From the IMG/VR virus record IMGVR_UViG_3300017751_000109, positions 1 to 31,893 of that record: 31,893 nt of DNA, one strand, 5' to 3'. How positions within the stretch are numbered: position 1 is the first letter of the stretch; each line of letters starts with the position of its first letter. Shown in pieces: positions 18,814-26,709 of this stretch. Under the pieces are notes generated by a model. That model saw only the letters and a program-made list of their open reading frames with translations. It was not told the DNA's origin and made no database searches. The position numbers were made by a program, and so were the translations under genes. This DNA comes from a virus. Taxonomy: Duplodnaviria; Caudoviricetes.

Positions 18814-19502
18814 TGGCAGTAACAGAAAAGTTAATGGCTCAGGGTTCATTCAGTGTACAACTAGATTACAACAAGCTACCTAACTCAGTTTTAAATAGCG
18901 TTGATGCTTGGGACCAAATAGTAATTGTTCCTTCAAGAGTTACTGAAGATGAATTAAATGACTCAGCTATGTTAACTTCAGCTGAATATGTTGGTGTCAT
19001 AAAAACACTAGGTTTAGGAGATGACGCTGTAGAAATAACAGGAGCAGGTTTAGGTACATATTTAGGTGATGGTGGTAGTCGTGGTATGCCTATATCTGAC
19101 CAAGGCGACATATCTAATATGAGAAGTTATGAAAATAAATCTTTAGAGTATGTTTTAGATAACAAAGATGGAACACCATACGGAATACTTAGAGATGGAA
19201 GAGACGCTGGACTAAGAGCAATTAGACCTGGAACAATAACTAATCCCTCAAAAGAAAGTACAGATTTAATTTTAAACTTTGAAGGCAACAATGGTGACAA
19301 GACAACTACTGACGCTACAACTAAAAAACATGATGTTGAATTTTATGGGAATGCAAAAATAAGTACTGACCAAGCTAAATTTGGAAGTAGTTCATTATAC
19401 TTAGATGGTGATAGGGATTACTTGGAGGTTGACTATTCTTATCATTTCCAGTTTGAATCTGAAGATTTTACAGTTGAATGGTGGGAATATAGGGAGGCAT
19501 AA
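18813..19502 (+). CDS. Tail hub (Tal-like) N-terminal part, ending in the N-terminal half of a LamG/ConA domain
   Basis: MAVTEKLMAQGSFSVQL...YVGVI...ITGAGL (hub-like start). C-terminus LILNFEG...GNAKISTDQAKFGSSSLYLDG...DFTVEWW is the usual start of phage LamG modules. Confidence 0.7.
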   Translation: MAVTEKLMAQGSFSVQLDYNKLPNSVLNSVDAWDQIVIVPSRVTEDELNDSAMLTSAEYVGVIKTLGLGDDAVEITGAGLGTYLGDGGSRGMPISDQGDISNMRSYENKSLEYVLDNKDGTPYGILRDGRDAGLRAIRPGTITNPSKESTDLILNFEGNNGDKTTTDATTKKHDVEFYGNAKISTDQAKFGSSSLYLDGDRDYLEVDYSYHFQFESEDFTVEWWEYREA

Positions 19503-22500
19503 TGCCGCAGTTTGATTTAGCAAACGCAAATATAAGCTCTGGTGGAATAACAAAGGTTAAGGACAGAATTGGTTTTGTTCCTTTTGTTTATGACTCAGGC
19601 TATCCAAATTTAGGTAACTACCTAGATAATGACCCAGTTCCTTCTGGTTCTACTATATATGCAGAGAGTGTTGGAGGTAGAGTTCCTTATGACCCAGATT
19701 TTCATAATGGTGTAAGAGGTTCCCTAGTTGTTGGTTATGGTCATACTTACAGAAATGAAGGAGCACAATGGAAAGGTTCAGATGCTTTGTTTTATGATTT
19801 TTATAGCGTTAAAGAAAATGCATCAGACGCTAATTCAACAGCTTTTCAGATTAACAATATAGATTACGCTTTCCCAATACAAAAAGGTGATGTATTTGCT
19901 ACTACTGATGATGGTGGTAAATTCTTAGATTCAAGTAATAACGTAATCACTAAGGGTATAAGAGTTAAATACATAGGTGATGATACTTCGACATTAAACC
20001 AACGTTTTTCGGAGTCTATAGCTTCTACATTACTTGCTGAAGACATAGTTGGTTACAAAAATAAAGTAATAGCTGTATTTACTGGGTATGAAGACTCATT
20101 TCCTTATGACACTACTTTAGCTCAACAACACTTTGATATGATGGTAGGTTTGTGCTTTGCAGTAGGTAAAGAAGCTTTTGAAGACACTTTGTTTGTTTAT
20201 GAATACAAACAAGTAGATGGTACTTCAGTAACAAGTTCTAGTAATCTTACATCTTACAATGATGCAGGTTATTCCTTAATGTTTCTTGGTGCTAAAGCTA
20301 AACCAATGGACTATCCAAACGGAGATGCTTCTATAGCTTCTAACTTAATGCTTACTCACAGAACTGATGGAATTGTAGTAAATGGTACAAAGGTAACATG
20401 GGAAAATAGATTACTTTGGGACCCAGCATTAATTAAACAAAGACAGGAAGACATCGATGAACTACTTGGTTCTAACAGTGCAGTAAACCCTACTGCTACA
20501 CCTCTTGACCCAAGAACTAATTCACAGTGGTATTTAGGACCTGCAATAAATCAAGACTTCTTTATGGCTAGACCGAATGCACCAGCATGGGTAGACATTG
20601 TACAAACAACTTTACCAACTGGTTCTGTAAGTAATACTATTAGGTCATTATTAGACCAAGGTAGAGAAGCAGAGATACCACAATACTATACTGGTGATGC
20701 TTCAATATACGATACAGACCCTGGCAATGAAAACTATTGGGAAGAAGACCCGTTCTATCAAAAAGCTTATTCTCAGTTTTGGCAAATAAATAACAGATGG
20801 TACAAAGGTGCTCAAACATTTACAAGTATAAGACCTAGAACAACTAACGGACCAGCAATAGCAGCACAAAACGATGGCTCAGTCCCACCATACATATTAG
20901 GACTAGACAATGGTTCTGGTGAATTACAAATTTTTATGACAAGTACTAGAGCAGAAAGTACTATTGATGGTATTACTGGAATTGATTCTACTATATGGGA
21001 TATTGCAGATGGAATTAAATTAGGTGATAGACAAAATGGACAATGGGTTCATAGAGCTGTAACTAGAAAAGATAATAAGTTTACTACATGGGAAAACGGT
21101 ACATTAGTTTCACAATTCACTTCTGATAAAACTTTAAAGAGAGTAACTAGAGATGCTAAAACAAGTGGAACTGACGAAAAAGCTTCCTTAAACTTTTCAA
21201 TAGGAAAAAGTCAGCAAGCAGATTACTTTAAAGGTTATATAGACGGATTAAAAGTTACTAAGGGTGAAGCTTTATATAATTCTAACTTCACACCATCAAC
21301 ATCAGCACCAACAGTAGATAATACTGCTAATAGCTATACAGGTTTACACAATGTAGAGTCTGTACTAAATGCATTAAAAAAAGTTATGTCTCAGATGGAC
21401 ACAGAATATAAAGTAAACACTAACGGAACAATAGATGCTGGACCTAGTGAAAGCTTGTTTCAAGGTCATAATGATGATGAACCAAAAGCAATCATTGTTA
21501 GAGATTCATCAGGTGAAGACCCAGGAATTATAGGTTTAAATCCTGATGCACTGACTACACAGTTTGAAGCTGAAGATTGGGTATCTGGTGTCGAATATTT
21601 AAAGAATGTAGGTTCTGATGGTCAAAATATAGACTTAGTAGAGAGATTTTTAACAGACGTCCCTTACTATGATTTATTTGGCAATCCACTTGAAAGAGTT
21701 GCTTATGTAAACGAATCTGATACAAATGCACTTATGGCTCCAAAAAGAGCAGAAGCATACTTGGATGAATTTACTAGAACTAAAAAATCTCTGTCGTTAT
21801 CACTTGAGTATTATGACATCAAAGGTGACTTTGAAGTAGGGGATAACATATATGTTTACGACCCTGAAGTTGGTTTTGTTGACACACCTACTAAAGCTAT
21901 TGCTGATGGTAGAACCGAACCTTATGAAGCTATTTGGCAAGGTCAATATATAAATCCTGAGAAGATAAGAATAATAGGAATATCCTATCCAATAGAAGAT
22001 AGCTTTGGTGTTTATTTAAGAAAAGTTACAAGCACCTCTCCTTATCAAGTAAGGTATATAGATTTATCTGATTATGTTATGTTTGAGACAGGAAATACTT
22101 CACTTGATGTCGGAGACCTGGGTAAACAGATAGGTGATGATTTAAGATTCTCTAACCAATTATCTGGTACTACTACTGGTAGAACAGAATACAAACCAGG
22201 AAAAGTATTAGACCCTGATAATGTGGATTCAGAAGGTATAAGAACAACATCTAGTTTCTATACAGATGCAGTAGGTACACAGCAATCAATTATATTTATA
22301 GAATGGAGAACTCCTAGAAATACAAGTGGTACTGTTATTGAAAATGGTCTACATTATGAAATATCTGTAGAACCTGTCAACCCTGATTTAGGTGACGCTA
22401 CTAAATACTTCGTTCAATGGGGTAATGAAACATTTACTGTTGAAGGTTTGCAAAAAGCCACTGATTACAAGGTTGGTGTTCAAGCTGTTACTACTGGTGC

Positions 22501-23545
22501 AGCTTCAGGATATGTTTATGAAACTATAACTACAGCTGTAGATAGTGCTCAGCCTAATAAGCCAGCACAAGCTACAACTATGGCAACTATACAAGGTGCA
22601 GTACAAGTTATACACCATTTAGGTAGAGCTACAGATGATGCAGGTAACCCAGTGTCAAGTATTACAAATTTCACACTACCTTCTGACTTATCTTATTTAA
22701 ATGTTTATGGTTCTACTACTTCTGGGTTTACTGTTGCAGAATCAACAAAATTAGGAAACATACCTTGTGATGCTTCTTTCCTAAGATTAAGTATTCCAGC
22801 AGTAGCAACATTAAAAGGAGACTCTTTAGATAGTGCTCAAACAATGTTCTTTAGATTTACTGCTGTAGATAATGCTGGAAATGAATCAGACCCTTCTGAT
22901 GAGCAACAAGGTAATGCTGCTCTAGTTGCAACTGAAAATATAGATGACGCTGCTATTACTTCTGCAAAAATACAAAACCTATCAGTGGGAACAGCAAAGA
23001 TTGCAGATGCAGCAATATCAAATGTTAAGATTGCAAACTTAATTGAATCAGACAATTATGCTACAGGAACTTCAGGTTGGTCTATACAAAAGTCAAATGC
23101 TACATATCCTGATGGTTTTATAGAAATAAATGACGCTTTAATAAGAGGTAATATAACTGCAACTACAGGAAACATTGGTGGTTGGAGTATTGCATCAAAC
23201 AAACTAACTGCTGGAAACTTAGAACTAGATGGTGGTAATACAACTATTAAAGGTAATTACTCTTCTGGTTCTTCTGGATTTATCTTAAATAATGATGGTT
23301 CTGTTGAATTTAACAGTGGTACTTTTAGGTCAGATGTTGTGGGTGGAACATTGACTATAGGTGCTAGTGCTAAATACGATAATACAACGGATACAGATAT
23401 TTTTGTAGTTGATGAAAATGGTAACTTATACCTTGGACATCATACTCTTGGTAACGCACCATTTTCTGTAACTAATAGCGGTGACCTCGTAGCAACTTCT
23501 GTTACAATTACTGGAGGAGAATTACACATAGGAGGAACTCCATAA
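19502..23545 (+). CDS. Large tail-tip protein: degenerate GH24 lysozyme fold, LamG C-terminal half, hub C-terminal part, FN3-like domains and fibre shaft
   Basis: VVGYGHT, LLAEDI, QQHFDMMVGLCFAVG, PALIKQRQED; WVHRAVTRK...FKGYIDGLKVTKG..LYNSNFTP; FTVEGLQKATDYKVGVQAV; FTAVDNAGNESDPS; IDDAAITSAKI repeats. Confidence 0.8.
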   Translation: MPQFDLANANISSGGITKVKDRIGFVPFVYDSGYPNLGNYLDNDPVPSGSTIYAESVGGRVPYDPDFHNGVRGSLVVGYGHTYRNEGAQWKGSDALFYDFYSVKENASDANSTAFQINNIDYAFPIQKGDVFATTDDGGKFLDSSNNVITKGIRVKYIGDDTSTLNQRFSESIASTLLAEDIVGYKNKVIAVFTGYEDSFPYDTTLAQQHFDMMVGLCFAVGKEAFEDTLFVYEYKQVDGTSVTSSSNLTSYNDAGYSLMFLGAKAKPMDYPNGDASIASNLMLTHRTDGIVVNGTKVTWENRLLWDPALIKQRQEDIDELLGSNSAVNPTATPLDPRTNSQWYLGPAINQDFFMARPNAPAWVDIVQTTLPTGSVSNTIRSLLDQGREAEIPQYYTGDASIYDTDPGNENYWEEDPFYQKAYSQFWQINNRWYKGAQTFTSIRPRTTNGPAIAAQNDGSVPPYILGLDNGSGELQIFMTSTRAESTIDGITGIDSTIWDIADGIKLGDRQNGQWVHRAVTRKDNKFTTWENGTLVSQFTSDKTLKRVTRDAKTSGTDEKASLNFSIGKSQQADYFKGYIDGLKVTKGEALYNSNFTPSTSAPTVDNTANSYTGLHNVESVLNALKKVMSQMDTEYKVNTNGTIDAGPSESLFQGHNDDEPKAIIVRDSSGEDPGIIGLNPDALTTQFEAEDWVSGVEYLKNVGSDGQNIDLVERFLTDVPYYDLFGNPLERVAYVNESDTNALMAPKRAEAYLDEFTRTKKSLSLSLEYYDIKGDFEVGDNIYVYDPEVGFVDTPTKAIADGRTEPYEAIWQGQYINPEKIRIIGISYPIEDSFGVYLRKVTSTSPYQVRYIDLSDYVMFETGNTSLDVGDLGKQIGDDLRFSNQLSGTTTGRTEYKPGKVLDPDNVDSEGIRTTSSFYTDAVGTQQSIIFIEWRTPRNTSGTVIENGLHYEISVEPVNPDLGDATKYFVQWGNETFTVEGLQKATDYKVGVQAVTTGAASGYVYETITTAVDSAQPNKPAQATTMATIQGAVQVIHHLGRATDDAGNPVSSITNFTLPSDLSYLNVYGSTTSGFTVAESTKLGNIPCDASFLRLSIPAVATLKGDSLDSAQTMFFRFTAVDNAGNESDPSDEQQGNAALVATENIDDAAITSAKIQNLSVGTAKIADAAISNVKIANLIESDNYATGTSGWSIQKSNATYPDGFIEINDALIRGNITATTGNIGGWSIASNKLTAGNLELDGGNTTIKGNYSSGSSGFILNNDGSVEFNSGTFRSDVVGGTLTIGASAKYDNTTDTDIFVVDENGNLYLGHHTLGNAPFSVTNSGDLVATSVTITGGELHIGGTP

Positions 23546-23546
23546 C

Positions 23547-25250
23547 ATGGGATTTCATTTAGATACAACAGGTAATGTTTGGTTAGGGTCTGGTAGTACA
23601 GGAACTACTCTTACTCAAGCTATTACAGCTGGTCCTCCTAATTTTTATGTCACGAGTGCAGGTACATTATTTGCACAAGCAGGAACAGTAGGCGGTATTA
23701 CAATTGATTCAACTGGTATATATACAAACTACACTGCTGGAACTTCAGGTTTTAAAATATTTTCATCTGATGGTTCTGCTGAATTTGATGATGTAACTAT
23801 TAGAGCAGAGGTACAATCTAGTAGCCTCACAGGTAGTTTTGTCATGGGTTCTGGTGGTGAAATAAAAACTTCATCAGGAACTAGCAGAATAGAAATTGGT
23901 AATACTAACGAAACTTATATCAGCTTTATACAAGGAAGTGCAACAACTGGAAGAATTGAAACTATAGCTGGTACTGGTGGTGCAGATACTTTTAGAATAT
24001 CATCATTTTTGAATGATGACTTAGAACTATATGCTGGTGGAGGTAGCGGTAAGTTAGAAATAACAGCTGGAGAAATTTACATACCTGTAGGTGCAACTTT
24101 ATCTTTTTCTGGGGCTAGTGGCTCACCAGGTGAAGTACTAACTAGAAATAATGCAGGTGGTGCAAATTGGGCAGCAACTTCAGGTCATAGTCACTCTGGA
24201 TATAGTTTTCCTAACTCAGGAACATTATTATCAAACGATAATCATAACCACTCAAACTTTTTAGAGGGAGACCACTTACTTGCTAATAATCCACATAGTG
24301 TGTATGTAGAAAATGCTAATCATAATCACTCAAACTTTTTAGAAAATGCTGACCTATCAAGTTTTATATCTACCAGCAACAGTGCATTTAACTCTGTTGT
24401 TGACCATACAGATATAACTGCAAACCAAGGTGGAGGTTCTGCTCATGGTATGTCATTATCAGGTGTAAATGCAGCTGTATTACATGTCAATGATACCTCA
24501 GTTCATACAAACCATAATCACAACTATGGATTAGCTGAAGACCCTCATGGTAACGGTGAGCATAGCGAAGCATATATTACAAACAATAATGCCAATGCAC
24601 ATCATGGAAATACTTATGCAAACTCTGGTCATAACCACGGATATGCAAACTCTGGTCATACTCATAACAATGACCACGACCATAATGGTTATGCAGACTC
24701 TAGTCATAACCACGCATATGCAAGTTCATTTCATAATCACAGTTCTATCACGAATCACGCTCATAATAATTTTGCAAACTTAAATCATAACCATGGAAGT
24801 GGTAATTCAAATATTAACGCATGGATGCACGATGATAGGTTTATATCAGTAAATGCTAATACTGTACCTGGTCTTAATGTAGTCAATAGACTTAATCCTG
24901 TAACAGCAAACTTTAATGAAGGATATGTAGATAGATTGATTGAGTCAAACCCAGATAAAGCTTATAGAGACTCTTTCTCCTCAATGAAAAGAAAAACATA
25001 CAGAATTACAGCACAAGATGTAGAACAAGCACTTGAAGATGACGGTATTGATACTAATGATGTAGCTTGGTTAATAGACAGACTTTATTATGTAGACCCA
25101 TGGCTAAAGGATGAATCTGAAGAAAAGCAAGCACACGGCTCAAGAGGTCTTTTGAATGGTGAGCTTGAAGCAGTATTAGTGCAAGCAATAAAAGATATGT
25201 CTGCTAAGATAGACACATTACAAGATAGAATAACAACCTTGGAGGGTTAA
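23547..25250 (+). CDS. Tail fibre / receptor-binding protein with a His/Asn-rich HxH array and a C-terminal S74-like intramolecular chaperone domain
   Basis: SD AGGAGG; Gly/Ser/Thr-rich N-terminus; 11 HxH motifs at 24186-24794; C-terminal GLNVVNRLNPV, ITAQDVEQAL, LVQAIKDMSAKIDTLQDRI. Confidence 0.8.
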   Translation: MGFHLDTTGNVWLGSGSTGTTLTQAITAGPPNFYVTSAGTLFAQAGTVGGITIDSTGIYTNYTAGTSGFKIFSSDGSAEFDDVTIRAEVQSSSLTGSFVMGSGGEIKTSSGTSRIEIGNTNETYISFIQGSATTGRIETIAGTGGADTFRISSFLNDDLELYAGGGSGKLEITAGEIYIPVGATLSFSGASGSPGEVLTRNNAGGANWAATSGHSHSGYSFPNSGTLLSNDNHNHSNFLEGDHLLANNPHSVYVENANHNHSNFLENADLSSFISTSNSAFNSVVDHTDITANQGGGSAHGMSLSGVNAAVLHVNDTSVHTNHNHNYGLAEDPHGNGEHSEAYITNNNANAHHGNTYANSGHNHGYANSGHTHNNDHDHNGYADSSHNHAYASSFHNHSSITNHAHNNFANLNHNHGSGNSNINAWMHDDRFISVNANTVPGLNVVNRLNPVTANFNEGYVDRLIESNPDKAYRDSFSSMKRKTYRITAQDVEQALEDDGIDTNDVAWLIDRLYYVDPWLKDESEEKQAHGSRGLLNGELEAVLVQAIKDMSAKIDTLQDRITTLEG

Positions 25251-25466
25251 ATGGCGTTAGAAGAATATAAATTCATTACCCCATCATCTGAGACAGCTGA
25301 AGAAAAGCTAAAGAGATTGGCTAATGAATTAAAATCAATGGAAGAGCATTACAAAACACTAGAAGATGATGGTGCAAGTGATGAAAAGTTAGCAGTTCTT
25401 GAGCAAAATATTTTAGACAAAAGAACTGAATATGAAGGTTTGGGCGGTACTTACCCAGAGCTCTAA
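25251..25466 (+). CDS. Small acidic coiled-coil protein (possible fibre chaperone), paralogue 1
   Basis: SD GGAGG; EYKFI...EEKLKRLANELKSMEEHY...LGGT. Confidence 0.7.
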   Translation: MALEEYKFITPSSETAEEKLKRLANELKSMEEHYKTLEDDGASDEKLAVLEQNILDKRTEYEGLGGTYPEL

Positions 25467-26222
25467 ATGATATTTAAAAAAGAAGGCAAAAAAATAATCG
25501 AGTTTAAGACCGATGTCGCAGGTCTTCATAAAGTTGCACCCGTAAAGCCTGCTAGCTACTTTATTCCACAGTGGTTTAAAGATATGTCAGACTTTATAGA
25601 AATGCCTGGCAATAACGATAAGCCACCAAATTACTTTGGTAAAGTAGGCGATACAGCAAAAAAATTACATGGCGGAACTGTTAAAAGGTGTCCTGCTATT
25701 ATTGACTTGATTTCTGGAGGTTACATTATTCCTATGTGGTCTGACTTTCTACTACAGAATGATGGAACTTTATTAGAGTGGGATAATAAAAACTTTCCTT
25801 ATGGTATTGAGTTTCATAATAATTCACAAATATACAATTGGAAACTAGATAAAAAAGATTTTAAAGAAGGAGTTAAATTTTCTAACCCTTGGAGAATATA
25901 TACACCACCTGGGTATTCTGTTATGTTTTTAGCTCCTTATTATCAATTTGAAAAAAGATTTACAGTATTGTCAGGAATAGTTGAAACTGACTCTTATCAT
26001 GCTATTAACTTTCCAACATTGATACATACTCAAAAAGACATAATTATAGAAAGAGGAACACCTTTTATACAAGTAATTCCTTTTAAAAGAGATGACTTTA
26101 TATTAGATGTTGGTGAAATGTCTGATGAGCAAATGAAAACAGACAAAGAACATAAATTACATTTATCTACAAAATTTAAGAACGCATACCGTTCAATTAC
26201 CTCTAGTTTCAATAACTCATAG
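25467..26222 (+). CDS. Hypothetical protein of the dUTPase-like / DUF6065-like family seen next to fibres in aquatic phages
   Basis: PASYFIPQWFK, TVKRCPAIID...GYIIP, KFSNPWRIYTPPGYSVMF, GIVETD, IIERGTPFIQVIPFKR. Confidence 0.65.
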   Translation: MIFKKEGKKIIEFKTDVAGLHKVAPVKPASYFIPQWFKDMSDFIEMPGNNDKPPNYFGKVGDTAKKLHGGTVKRCPAIIDLISGGYIIPMWSDFLLQNDGTLLEWDNKNFPYGIEFHNNSQIYNWKLDKKDFKEGVKFSNPWRIYTPPGYSVMFLAPYYQFEKRFTVLSGIVETDSYHAINFPTLIHTQKDIIIERGTPFIQVIPFKRDDFILDVGEMSDEQMKTDKEHKLHLSTKFKNAYRSITSSFNNS

Positions 26223-26247
26223 TATTATTTACACGAGGAGTGTAAAT
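26196..26247 (+). promoter_or_regulatory. Putative promoter ATTACCT-N20-TATTAT, followed by the hairpin ATTTACAC-GAGGA-GTGTAAAT with the SD in its loop
   Basis: ATTACCT 26196-26202, TATTAT 26223-26228; perfect 8-bp stem 26227-26234 / 26240-26247. Confidence 0.5.
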
Positions 26248-26248
26248 C

Positions 26249-26443
26249 ATGCCATACGATTACGAATATCTATCTGTTGATAAACAAATAAATTATTTAG
26301 AAAAACAAATAGAGAACAAAGAACTTAGAATATTTGAATTAGAACTCGCAGACCAAGAAGATGTGCAGATAATTCAAGATTTAGCTGACGCAAGTGCAGA
26401 TATAACTGCATTAAAAGCTAAGCTATCGGAACTAGAGGAATAA
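26249..26443 (+). CDS. Small acidic coiled-coil protein, paralogue 2
   Basis: SD GAGGAG; DYEYLSVDKQINYLEKQIENKELRIFELEL. Confidence 0.7.
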   Translation: MPYDYEYLSVDKQINYLEKQIENKELRIFELELADQEDVQIIQDLADASADITALKAKLSELEE

Positions 26444-26709
26444 TGTCAGAGGAACAACCTAAAAACGACTGGGATACTAATTACTTCTTTTTTGACCATG
26501 ATGCAAAAAGACAATATGTTTTGCAAAGAATGTTTGAAGCTGAACAACTACATTTTGAAATGATGGTTGATAAATTAGAAGAAGGTCATTCCGATTTTGA
26601 AAATTGGAAAGAAACGACTAAACAATTAAAAGAAGAACTAGATAGATTACGTTATTTATTTAAGTTATATGGAGGAACATTAGGCAGCGAATTACCCACT
26701 GAGGAATAA
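26443..26709 (+). CDS. Small acidic coiled-coil protein, paralogue 3
   Basis: TAATG-coupled, SD GAGG; NYFFFDHDAKRQYVLQRMFEAEQLHFEM...YGGT. Confidence 0.7.
   Translation: MSEEQPKNDWDTNYFFFDHDAKRQYVLQRMFEAEQLHFEMMVDKLEEGHSDFENWKETTKQLKEELDRLRYLFKLYGGTLGSELPTEE

Noticed and set aside
19500-20840. Intein or self-splicing intron explaining the split LamG domain
   Set aside because: No intein N-terminal Cys/Ser block or His-Asn end, no homing endonuclease or RT motifs, and no evident group I/II structure. The insert is fully coding with its own SD and start.
24186-24794. Diversity-generating retroelement target (AAY-rich region)
   Set aside because: No reverse transcriptase in the window, and I saw no ~100-bp TR/VR pair differing only at adenines. 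The AAY richness is explained by Asn/His repeats.
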